Origin: Thermoproteota archaeon
GTDB taxonomy: Archaea > Korarchaeota > JAOZGF01 > JAOZFZ01
Direction of reading: 5' to 3'
Assembly (NCBI GenBank): GCA_027492035.1
Contig: JAOZFT010000004.1
Coordinates: 32,001 to 96,000, forward strand
DNA length: 64,000 nucleotides
This document shows, piece after piece, positions 55,468 through 64,000 of this stretch. The position numbers and the translations under genes were made by a program. A model generated the notes under the pieces. That model did not search any database and was not told the origin of the DNA. It saw nothing but the letters and a program-made list of their open reading frames with translations. Each line of letters begins with the position of its first letter. Position 1 is the first letter of the stretch.

Positions 55468-56883
55468 TTATCTCCTTTTCCTTTTCTTTTCTACTTTTTT
55501 AAGAAGCAATTTCTCGATGTTGATTTTTGCACCTTTAATGCTGATTTTAAAGTTTCCAATTGGTAGCGGTAAAGGCATTCCTTGGACAGGTACTCCAGCT
55601 GCAGGTACTGCTTCGATTTCTTCTTCTTCCTCTTCAGCTATAGCTTCTTCTTCCAATCCCATTTCTTTCCACCTTTCAACAACCGGGTGATTGACTTTTT
55701 CCAGGAACTCTTTTAATTCATCTATGTTCTGCACATCTTTCTCTGTAGCTATTTTATCAACTACATCTTTTGGGATGAAATCTTTTACTCTTTCTTTAAA
55801 GTCTGTAGGCATCCAAACAACTCTGTGCCATCCTCCATCAACCTGCAAAAATTTGGGGGATCTTGTGTATTCTATGGAAATGCCGTGGAAACCGTCTACT
55901 TGTCTACCTCCAGCTGTTGCATCCGCCATTGTCCCAAACCTTAAACCATTGACAGCGTTACCTTTGAAGTCCCTGTGAATTAGACCCATACCGTCCACTT
56001 CAGGGATATAGAAAGCTATGCCTTCAAAACATCCACAGGATGTGTGGGGGTATCCAAAAGCAGTGTAAAGCCATACTCTTTCAATAGCACCCAAGGACTT
56101 CTCCTTTGCAGCTTTATTGGCTCCAGTGTACTCTCCCTTCCAAGGATCTAAACATTCACCTTTAGGAATTGCGAAAATTGGTCCCTTTGGGTCTATTTTT
56201 GCAGCAGCACGTCCATCATACCAACTTATTGCTCCACAATTGGAATAACGTTGGGGAGTGATTATGCAGACATGGGTAGGAGCAAAGGATTGGCAGAGGA
56301 GGCAACCGTAGAATTCATCCACTTCTTCATCCTTTAACCCTCTAGCTTTAGCGTCTCTGGCTTCATAGACTTTCAATGCCATATTGTATTGTTCCTCTAC
56401 CTTTTTTGGGTCGGTTAAGAAAGTTACTTGTATTTTTTCAATTATGGGTAATTCTGACTTATATAATCTGATCATAACTTTCCCTACAAGTTCAAAAGTG
56501 TTTAATCCTTTTTTGAAAGAGTTTTTACTTACTCTGCACCAGATGTCGTATCTCTGGTTTAAGTGCATGAATCCCTCTATGTAATTTGTGAATTCATGTA
56601 TTCTTCTTTCAATGACGCCTTCTAGATCCTCTTCCAGTTCCTTTCCTGCCACTTCCACAAGAATACCGAACGGATACGTTTTTCCCTCTTCTAAATCTTT
56701 CAAGTCAGGCCCTACAATGCTTATTTTACCATCCTCAACTTCTCCTGGTTTCTTCACTCTTACGAGTTCAAACTTTGTTTTTACCTTCGGCCCCCCTAGT
56801 TCAACATACATTTCGTTTTTTCTTATTCTTTCCCCTTCATAAACTATTCCTACGTCAACAGGAATGTCTTGAAACATGGACAT
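55468..56883 (-). CDS. cdhC: acetyl-CoA synthase, ACDS beta subunit
   Basis: YEGERIRK, EGVIERRIH, CLLCQSFAPTHVC, CGAISW, HTSCGCFE A-cluster ligands; acidic linker and basic C-terminal module. Confidence 0.96.
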   Translation of the reverse strand: MSMFQDIPVDVGIVYEGERIRKNEMYVELGGPKVKTKFELVRVKKPGEVEDGKISIVGPDLKDLEEGKTYPFGILVEVAGKELEEDLEGVIERRIHEFTNYIEGFMHLNQRYDIWCRVSKNSFKKGLNTFELVGKVMIRLYKSELPIIEKIQVTFLTDPKKVEEQYNMALKVYEARDAKARGLKDEEVDEFYGCLLCQSFAPTHVCIITPQRYSNCGAISWYDGRAAAKIDPKGPIFAIPKGECLDPWKGEYTGANKAAKEKSLGAIERVWLYTAFGYPHTSCGCFEGIAFYIPEVDGMGLIHRDFKGNAVNGLRFGTMADATAGGRQVDGFHGISIEYTRSPKFLQVDGGWHRVVWMPTDFKERVKDFIPKDVVDKIATEKDVQNIDELKEFLEKVNHPVVERWKEMGLEEEAIAEEEEEEIEAVPAAGVPVQGMPLPLPIGNFKISIKGAKINIEKLLLKKVEKKRKRR

Positions 56884-57563
56884 TTTTTTCCCCTTCTTTC
56901 TTGTACGAATTTGAGCTTAGAGCCTTTTTAACTCTTTACTACAAACCATTTCTAAAATTAATTTACCTATTTAAATTTTTAACATTTAAAAATCTATCTT
57001 TTACCTTCTTGATGCTACTATATCTCTTTTTTGGCTTTATTTAAGCTGGAGGAAACTTCATCTACAAATAAATTTTTTACAAGGAAATTTAAGGGTTTTG
57101 AAGCTGAAAAAGAGGTTATAGGAAGCTGAGAAATACCGGGTTCTATAAGTTGTTTATATAGGTCTCTCTTTAAAAAACTTTTTAACAAAATAAAGTTTCT
57201 GGAGACTGAAAAATTTGTTTAAATGAAAAAAGAGAAGAAGAGTACAGTTTTTCCGGGTAGAGATGTTCCTATGCTAACAGGTTTATTTACTGCCTAAGTC
57301 CTCCATTATTTGTTTTTCACCAAAAATGTAAGCTGCTGGATAATTGATTACTTTGTTCAGCTTAATAAAAAGATTTGTAAAGTTTAAAAATAACTGTTGC
57401 TTAAAAAAACCGGAAAATAAAATGAGAAAGGGACAACTGCTACTGAAAAACATTGAAAAGGGTAAAATTTATATAAGTAATTTATAAACAATTTTCCTTA
57501 AACTTCATTTCCCTAAAGCTGTCCGTTTCAAAATCCTTTTCCTCTTTCCAGAGGCGATTCATT

Positions 57564-59909
57564 TTGTCAAAAAAGGACTTAAGAGTGAAAATAGGAGAAG
57601 TTAAAACAGAAAAAGGCACAATGAAAGATTTAGAAATTTCAATTGGGAGAATATTTGAGGAGGAGTGGGAGGAACCGGTTGGCCCAACCCCCTTTCCATC
57701 AATCAAGGACTTAAGGAACTGGGACTTCAAACTCTTAAAACGTTACAAACCATTTTACATGCCTTTCTGCGATTTATGCTGTTTTTGCACCTACGGAAAA
57801 TGTGACTTGACAAAAAATAAAAGGGGAGCTTGTGGAATCGACATGGCTGGCCAACAAGCCAGGATTGTTCTGTTAGCCTGTGCAATAGGTGCAGCTACAC
57901 ATTGTGGACATGCCAGACATTTAGTAGAACACTTGATTGAGGAATATGGAAGAGATACACCTCTATCAATGGGTGAAAACGTTGAGATAGAGGCTCCACA
58001 CGTAAGGCTTGTTTGTGGAATAAGGCCAAGGAAAATAAAAGATTTAGAAATAGCACTTGATTACGTGGAAAATCAAGTAACCCATTTGCTTTCTGCCATA
58101 CATACTGGCCAAGAAGGGCACTGGATGGATTTTGAATCAAAAGTTTTCCATGCAGGCATGATTGACCACGTCGCAATGGAGATAGCTGACATCGCCCAAA
58201 TAGCAGTTTACAACTTCCCTAAAGCCGACCCAGATGCTCCGTTGGTTGAGTTAGGTGCTGGTGTTGTAGACTCTAAGAAACCAACAATACTTGTGGTGGG
58301 GCATAACGTCCCTCCAGCCATAGCTATCGCAGATTACTTGACAAAAGAAAATCTTGTAGGCAGCGTTGAAGTTGCTGGCTTATGCTGCACTGCTATAGAT
58401 TTGACAAGGTACTCTTCATTTGCAAAAATAATTGGTCCAATGAGTTGGACTTTAAGGTTTATAAGAAGCGGATTAGCAGATGTAATAGTAGTGGATGAGC
58501 AGTGTGTAAGAACAAACTTAGTTGAAGAGGCCAAGAAAATCGGGGCGCTTTTCATTGCTACTTCTGAAAAAAACTGTCAGGGCCTGCCTAACAGAACAAA
58601 TGATCCAGCGGATCAAATCGTGGATGATTTAGTGAGTGGAAAACAACCTGGAGTTTTAATTTTTGACACTGAAAAAGTTGGGGAAGTAGCTGTTAAAGCA
58701 GCTTTAGCTGTAGCACCTAAGAGGAAGAAGAAAAGATCTCTTTTAACACCCAAAGAGATCATTGAGGGATCAAAGAAATGCATTAAATGCCAAGAATGCA
58801 TAAAGGCATGCCCAGATAATTTACCAGTGATGTATGCAGTGAATGATGCCGCTCGAGGAGATCTTTCTAAGTTAGCTGAACTTTATGAGAAATGTATCGG
58901 CTGCGCCAGATGTGAAAGTGCATGCAGCGTGAATTTGCCGCTTCACACTTACATCATTTCAGCTGCAGAGAAAAAAATGACGGAAGAAAAGTTTAAGATA
59001 AGAGCCGGAAGGGGACCTATTAGCGACATAGAAATAAGGGAAGTTGGTCAACCTATCGTTTTCGGTGAAATACCTGGAGTTGTTGCCTTTGTAGGTTGTC
59101 CAAACTACGCAAATGGTGGAAAAGAAATTCCTGAAATGGTTGATGAATTTGCAAAGAGAAGATACATAATTACTCTTTCAGGATGCGCAGCCATGACAGC
59201 TGGAATGTTCAAAGATGAAGAAGGGAAGACAGTGTATGAAAAGTATCACGGCAGATTTGACGCTGGAGGAGTTGTAAACGTGGGTTCATGTGTTTCAAAC
59301 CCACACATTTCTGGGGCGGCAATAAAGATAGCTAGAATATTCGCTAAAAGGAACATAAGAGCAAACTATGAAGAAATTGCTGACTATGTTTACAACCGTA
59401 TAGGTGCAGTTGGTGTTGCATGGGGCGCTATGTCGCAAAAAGCAGCTTCAATAGCTTCAGGTTTTTGGAGACTAGGGGTTCCAGTAATCGTTGGCCCCCA
59501 TGGTTCGAAATATAGAAGAATGCTGCTTGGAAGGAAAGACAGGGATGAGGACTGGTATGTTTGGGATGCAAGGACAGGTAAAAAAGTATATGTTGGACCT
59601 GCACCGGAACACCTGTTCTACACAGCTGAAACAAAGGAGGAAGCCATGGTTATGATAGCTAAACTTTGCATAAGACCTAACGATACAACTAAGGGGAGAG
59701 CTATAAAACTGACCCACTACATAGATCTTTACAAGAAATTTTACGGTAAGTTACCTGATGACATACATCTTTACGTCAGAACAAAAGCAGATATTCCATT
59801 AACCATGAAAGATGAAATACTCGCATATTTAGAAGCTAAAGGATGGAAAGAAAAAGCAACGCCTGACCCGACACTTCTACCTCGATTAATAAGGAAAAAG
59901 GAGGGATGA
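57564..59909 (+). CDS. cdhA: CO dehydrogenase, ACDS alpha subunit
   Basis: EPVGPTP, CDLCCFCTYGKC..GACG, C-cluster ligands GHN/GLCCT/DEQC/GCPN/SGC/GSCVSN, two extra CxxCxxCxxxC clusters, PDPT; TTTATATAA TATA box near 57468. Confidence 0.97.
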   Translation: MSKKDLRVKIGEVKTEKGTMKDLEISIGRIFEEEWEEPVGPTPFPSIKDLRNWDFKLLKRYKPFYMPFCDLCCFCTYGKCDLTKNKRGACGIDMAGQQARIVLLACAIGAATHCGHARHLVEHLIEEYGRDTPLSMGENVEIEAPHVRLVCGIRPRKIKDLEIALDYVENQVTHLLSAIHTGQEGHWMDFESKVFHAGMIDHVAMEIADIAQIAVYNFPKADPDAPLVELGAGVVDSKKPTILVVGHNVPPAIAIADYLTKENLVGSVEVAGLCCTAIDLTRYSSFAKIIGPMSWTLRFIRSGLADVIVVDEQCVRTNLVEEAKKIGALFIATSEKNCQGLPNRTNDPADQIVDDLVSGKQPGVLIFDTEKVGEVAVKAALAVAPKRKKKRSLLTPKEIIEGSKKCIKCQECIKACPDNLPVMYAVNDAARGDLSKLAELYEKCIGCARCESACSVNLPLHTYIISAAEKKMTEEKFKIRAGRGPISDIEIREVGQPIVFGEIPGVVAFVGCPNYANGGKEIPEMVDEFAKRRYIITLSGCAAMTAGMFKDEEGKTVYEKYHGRFDAGGVVNVGSCVSNPHISGAAIKIARIFAKRNIRANYEEIADYVYNRIGAVGVAWGAMSQKAASIASGFWRLGVPVIVGPHGSKYRRMLLGRKDRDEDWYVWDARTGKKVYVGPAPEHLFYTAETKEEAMVMIAKLCIRPNDTTKGRAIKLTHYIDLYKKFYGKLPDDIHLYVRTKADIPLTMKDEILAYLEAKGWKEKATPDPTLLPRLIRKKEG

Positions 59910-60436
59910 TGAAAATGAAACTCGAACCCTACCAAAAAGCTGAAATACCTGGACCGTCGAAAGCTTTCGCAATAAGCAATGCGAAACTGCTACTGGCTAA
60001 AATAAAGAAAGCGAAGAAGCCTTTAATGATTATTGGCCATAAATCTTTAGAGTTAGAAATAAATGGCAAATTACTTATAGACTACTTGGTTGAAATAGCG
60101 AAAAAATACAGGATACCAGTTATAACTTCTACTCCCACCTACCTAGAAATTAAGAGGAGGGGGTATGAAACAGTGTACCCAATGAATTTAATAGAGGCTG
60201 CCAGCATGGTTAAGGACCCTTCATGGACAGGGTTTGACGGAAAAGGAAATTACGACTTAGTTTTCATTGCAGGATTCCCTTACTATTATGAATGGTTGAC
60301 CTTGTCAGGTTTAAAACATTTCTCGTCAATTGAAACAATTAGTTTAGACCCTTACTATCAACCACATGCCTCATGGTCTTTTCCAACAATGAAGAAGGAA
60401 GAATGGGCCAAAATCATAAATGAACTGCTGGAATAA
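59906..60436 (+). CDS. cdhB: ACDS epsilon subunit
   Basis: AEIPGP, IKKAKKPL, DPSWTGFDGKGNYDL, LSGLKHF, YQPHASWSFP; ATGA overlap with cdhA. Confidence 0.94.
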   Translation: MMKMKLEPYQKAEIPGPSKAFAISNAKLLLAKIKKAKKPLMIIGHKSLELEINGKLLIDYLVEIAKKYRIPVITSTPTYLEIKRRGYETVYPMNLIEAASMVKDPSWTGFDGKGNYDLVFIAGFPYYYEWLTLSGLKHFSSIETISLDPYYQPHASWSFPTMKKEEWAKIINELLE

Positions 60437-60553
60437 AACATTCCTTTCAAACCTATCCTTTTTTACTAAATAAATTTCTCTAAAAAGTATCTTTACATGT
60501 AGGGAGGAGTTGTCGGCAGAACCACATGCTTCAGTTTTATTTCATTTTAGTTA

Positions 60554-61450
60554 TTGAGAGAGAAAATGAAGAGATTTCCCACCTATAAATTTACCCCACA
60601 CAAAAAACATTTTTTAACTTTTCCTGCAATAAAGGAGATTATTAAAGCATTCAATAAAGGAGTTAGTTGTTTAGAGATAACTTTGGACTTAGGCAAAACG
60701 GTTAGCACTATAAAGTTTGAAGAATTTAATGTAGTTTTTCCAGATGACGCTAAGATCCATGTTGAAATTTTAAGGAAAGTGAAAGACGAAAGAGCTGTGT
60801 ATGGAGTGAATCCTACAACTAATTCCCTATTTAAGGTTTCGTTTTCAAAAAGTAACTCCTTTTATAAATTGGTGAGCATAGGAAAGGAAGAAGCCCCCAC
60901 CTTAGAAATAAACGGAATCCATATGCATCAAATAAAGAAACTTACCCCCTGGCAAGATTCAAAAAAGAAAGTTTCAGCCGCACAAGTTAGAAGAGGAAGT
61001 AAAGTGTTGGACATAGGAACAGGTTTAGGTTACACCGCAATCCTCAGTTTCCAAAAATCCTTATGTGAAGTGTTAACCATAGAAAAAGACAGGAATGTAC
61101 TGGAAATAGCTGAATACAATCCCTGGTCCTGGCCTCTAGCTAACCAGGAAATAAAAATTCTAAACGGAGACGCTTCAAAAGAGATAAAGAAATTTGAAGA
61201 TGAATACTTTGACAGAATAATTCATGACCCACCTAGATTCAGTTTAGCAGGTGAACTCTATAGTTTAGATTTTTACCGTGAACTTTACAGGGTTCTAGCT
61301 AGAGGTGGCAAACTTTTCCATTATACAGGGGAACCGAGGAGGAGAGGAGGCAGATCAGTTATTGTGAAGGGAGTCAGTGGAAGATTAAAGAAAGCAGGTT
61401 TCAAAGTTGAAAGAATAAAGGAAACACAAGGCTTTTTGTGCTATAAATAA
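60554..61450 (+). CDS. predicted archaeal SAM-dependent methyltransferase (COG2521-like)
   Basis: APTLEINGIHMH, VLDIGTGLGYTA, NPWS, IIHDPPRFSLAGELYS, FHYTG. Confidence 0.88.
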   Translation: MREKMKRFPTYKFTPHKKHFLTFPAIKEIIKAFNKGVSCLEITLDLGKTVSTIKFEEFNVVFPDDAKIHVEILRKVKDERAVYGVNPTTNSLFKVSFSKSNSFYKLVSIGKEEAPTLEINGIHMHQIKKLTPWQDSKKKVSAAQVRRGSKVLDIGTGLGYTAILSFQKSLCEVLTIEKDRNVLEIAEYNPWSWPLANQEIKILNGDASKEIKKFEDEYFDRIIHDPPRFSLAGELYSLDFYRELYRVLARGGKLFHYTGEPRRRGGRSVIVKGVSGRLKKAGFKVERIKETQGFLCYK

Positions 61451-61575
61451 TTGGTTTAATCACACATTCCTATTTCTAGTTTCCAATTTTTACCTGTTTT
61501 AGCCAGGTTCAACCTCGTTAGGAGTTTAGTAAAGTAAAATTTTTCTCTGAATTCTTGCCTTAAAAAAGGATGTTT

Positions 61576-61995
61576 TCAAGTCTTCTTCCCCTTTCCAAGT
61601 AATTTTTTATAAATATTGACTAATCCGGTATTTGCGGTTATTATCTCGGAAGCCCTCGAATCTAAAGCTGAAGCTAAATGCACCGCTTCTGCAGGAGTTA
61701 GTTTCTCTTGCATAACCAATTTAAGAGCCTTAAACAGTATTTCTTCATTTAACTCAATAAGTTTTAAATTCTTAAAGAAAAGAAACATTTTAGCCTTCTC
61801 TAAAGCTATATCTCTACCTATTTCTTCATTTAATTCACCAAAAAACTTTACCCAAGTTAAAACTGAAGTACAAGCCCTAATTTCTCCTTTAACGGTTTTT
61901 AGCAAATAATTCCTGTACTTCTCCGTCTTTTCATTTAGATAACCAAGTACAGGTTCCAAAAAAACTTCTGGGAAGAAATAAATCAACTCTCTCAA
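61576..61995 (-). CDS. PIN/VapC-fold protein with degenerate active site
   Basis: PIN layout (IYFFPEVFL, TSVLTW, LTPAEAVHLASAL, IITAN) with most catalytic acidic residues replaced. Confidence 0.7.
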   Translation of the reverse strand: MRELIYFFPEVFLEPVLGYLNEKTEKYRNYLLKTVKGEIRACTSVLTWVKFFGELNEEIGRDIALEKAKMFLFFKNLKLIELNEEILFKALKLVMQEKLTPAEAVHLASALDSRASEIITANTGLVNIYKKLLGKGKKT

Positions 61996-62192
61996 CCCTT
62001 TTTTCTTTTATGCAAAGGGGACGAACAAAAACTTTCAATGAATTTTTCAGGTGGAAGGAGAGGCTTCAAAACTATAGCATCCCCTTTCACTTCAAATGTT
62101 ACAACGCTTCCTTCTTTTAAACCGAAATGATCTCTTATGTCCTTAGGAATCACTATTTGACCTCTTGCACCTAACTTTCTGGTGAAGTAAAT
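61992..62192 (-). CDS. AbrB/MazE/SpoVT-family DNA-binding protein (VapB-type antitoxin); no canonical start codon
   Basis: Manual translation IYFTRKLGARGQIVIPKDIRDHFGLKEGSVVTFEVKGDAIVLKP...KG*; its TGA overlaps the TTG of the PIN gene; absent from the ORF track. Confidence 0.75.
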   Translation of the reverse strand: MYFTRKLGARGQIVIPKDIRDHFGLKEGSVVTFEVKGDAIVLKPLLPPEKFIESFCSSPLHKRKKG

Positions 62193-62310
62193 TCCAAATC
62201 CCCTCCAAAAAACAAAATTTTTAACTTCCCTTACCTTCCTTTCTCCAAACTAAGGAACAAGAAATGAATTAAAAAGTTTTAGTTTTAAGTAATGTGAAGG
62301 AGGAAAAGGC

Positions 62311-63612
62311 ATGGTTTATTCACATATTCAAGATGTTCTTTTAGGCAAATTTAAAGAAGGAGAAACGGTGAACCTGAGAGGATGGGTTTACCTTACAAGA
62401 GACCTCGGTAACCTCTACTTCCTGGTTTTAAGAGATGCTACAGGTTTGCTTCAAACAGTTATAAGAAAAAGCAACACTGAACCTGAACTTTTAGAAAAAA
62501 TTAAACAAATTTCCCAAGAAACAGCAGTTTCTTTAAATGGCAAAATCAAGAAAGATGAAAGGGCACCTGGAGGATATGAAATAGAAATCAACAACTTAAA
62601 TATTTTAGGCCTTTCTAGAGATTACCCTCTCTCAAAAAAGTCACACGGAGTCGAGTTCTTACTCAACCACAGGCATTTATGGTTAAGAAGTCCTCGGCAA
62701 AGAGACATATTGAAAATTAGAGAGTCAGTTACCTGGTATGCGAGGGAATTTTTTAGGAGAGAAGGCTTCACAGAAGTACATCCACCTATGTTAACTCCTT
62801 CAATGGTGGAAGGAGGGGCAACCCTTTTCGAGCTAAAATACTTTGACAGAAATGCCTACTTAACCCAGAGTTCACAACTGTATTTGGAAGCTTTAATTTT
62901 CTCACTTGAAAAAGTTTGGTGTTTAGCACCTTCTTTTAGAGCTGAGAAATCAAGAACAAGGAGGCATTTGACCGAGTACTGGCATTTGGAAGCTGAAGAA
63001 GCTTTCTACAGCAACGAAGACAACATGAAACTTCAAGAAAAACTTGTAAGTTACATATGTAAGAAAGTAGCTGAGAAGAACAGAGAAGAACTTGAAACTT
63101 TCCAAGTTAGACCTGAGAGGCTGCTGAAAATTAAACCCCCCTTCAAAAGAATGAAGTATCAAGAGGCAATAGATAAGCTGCAAAGGAAGGGTTTTGACGT
63201 TAAATACGGAGATGATTTCGGAGCAGATGAGGAAGAAGCCCTCACAAAAGATATGGAGACCCCTTTATTCATAACTAACTACCCTTTAGAGATAAAGGCT
63301 TTCTACATGAAAGAAGACCCTAACAACCCAGGAACGGCACTTTGCGCTGATTTGCTTTTACCAGAAGGGTATGGAGAAGTTATTGGTGGAAGCGAACGTG
63401 AAACAAACTATGAAGTATTAGTTAAAAGGATAGAAGAAACTGGACAGCCTATAGAAAACTATAAATGGTACTTAGACCTAAGGAAATATGGTTCGGTGCA
63501 ACACTCCGGGTTTGGATTAGGACTTGAAAGATTGATAATGTGGCTGCTTAAGTTAAGCCATATAAGGGAAGCAGTTCCCTTCCCAAGAACCCCTAGCCGA
63601 ATCTACCCCTAA
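62311..63612 (+). CDS. asnS: asparaginyl-tRNA synthetase
   Basis: LRGWV, LRDATG, RHLWLRS, EGGATLF, YLTQSSQLYLE, FRAEKSRTRRHLTEYWHLEAE, GEVIGGSERE, HSGFGLGLER. Confidence 0.94.
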   Translation: MVYSHIQDVLLGKFKEGETVNLRGWVYLTRDLGNLYFLVLRDATGLLQTVIRKSNTEPELLEKIKQISQETAVSLNGKIKKDERAPGGYEIEINNLNILGLSRDYPLSKKSHGVEFLLNHRHLWLRSPRQRDILKIRESVTWYAREFFRREGFTEVHPPMLTPSMVEGGATLFELKYFDRNAYLTQSSQLYLEALIFSLEKVWCLAPSFRAEKSRTRRHLTEYWHLEAEEAFYSNEDNMKLQEKLVSYICKKVAEKNREELETFQVRPERLLKIKPPFKRMKYQEAIDKLQRKGFDVKYGDDFGADEEEALTKDMETPLFITNYPLEIKAFYMKEDPNNPGTALCADLLLPEGYGEVIGGSERETNYEVLVKRIEETGQPIENYKWYLDLRKYGSVQHSGFGLGLERLIMWLLKLSHIREAVPFPRTPSRIYP

Positions 63613-63677
63613 TAAGCCTTAAACAAGAAGTCAGGAAAGTTTAGAAGAGAAATTTGTAAAGGTGACAAAGTTATTTT

Positions 63678-64000
63678 TCAAATTGAAGCATCAGCTTTCT
63701 TTAAAGCTTTCTCCACTTCTTCCCTTATTATATAACCACCTACGTGGAGAATAGGTTCCTTGAGCTCAGGATCAACAGACATTGTAGCTGTACAAGGGTA
63801 ACTATGATGAGCCTTCGCTACAGCGTCATAAATGGTTTCTTTCTCAATTTTTACACCTATAAGTTTTTTTGCAACATACCATGTAGAGCCGCAAGGAGCG
63901 CTCCTTATCACAACAGTAGATGGAACTACATCATGCTTATTACCTTTTGTAACAGAGACTTCCAGTAGTGGCCTTCCTATCCCTAACTCATTTATGAACC
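63678..64000 (-). CDS. DUF166 family protein, C-terminal part (start beyond window)
   Basis: Open frame from the edge: FINELGIGRPLLEV...IRSAPCGSTWYVAKKL...HHSYPCTATM..DPE...LHVGGY. Confidence 0.75.
   Translation of the reverse strand, partial: FINELGIGRPLLEVSVTKGNKHDVVPSTVVIRSAPCGSTWYVAKKLIGVKIEKETIYDAVAKAHHSYPCTATMSVDPELKEPILHVGGYIIREEVEKALKKADASI

Noticed and set aside
1-64000. tRNA, rRNA, CRISPR arrays, transposases, integrases or prophage genes
   Set aside because: No GC-rich structured RNA blocks, regularly spaced repeats or recombinase motifs were seen by eye; tRNAscan-SE and Infernal would be needed to exclude them formally.

Overview
AT-rich, densely coding chromosomal segment from an anaerobic archaeon. 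Markers include archaeal FEN-1 with a PIP box, PINA, FtsZ, SMC-ScpA, archaeal TrpRS/AsnRS, archaeal-type Cdh subunits, and BRE/TATA promoters with GGAGG/GGTGA ribosome sites. The lineage cannot be fixed from sequence alone. The left two-thirds is housekeeping and metabolism: fen, wecB, gdhA, ferredoxin, mocA/xdhC, glnA-lrp, ftsZ, mobB, class II RNR, PINA, trpS, pyrG and scpA-smc. It also holds a probable cobalamin-uptake unit (DUF4430 + ECF S component) and two large membrane-anchored surface proteins. The right third is a C1/nickel/corrinoid island: three COG1665-type nucleotidyltransferase paralogs with NikR and an ATP-grasp enzyme, an operon of Fe-S protein-AOR-CooC-corrinoid protein-pyrrolysine-free MtmB homolog, a second divergent cdhD/cdhE pair, and a complete ACDS set (cdhC-orf74-cdhD-cdhE divergent from cdhA-cdhB). 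Main findings: (1) a 74-aa protein made of the CdhD N-terminal module fused to the CdhC C-terminal module, a candidate ACDS scaffold subunit; (2) a second corrinoid Fe-S protein lacking that tether, facing a non-Pyl MtmBC operon; (3) a 164-aa mini-intein in the Walker A motif of an unusually short SMC; (4) clear operator palindromes upstream of ftsZ and of the B12-uptake genes; (5) a candidate C/D-box sRNA whose D guide registers on 16S C1402. No tRNA, rRNA, CRISPR array or IS element was seen. All family assignments come from motif recognition, not database searches.
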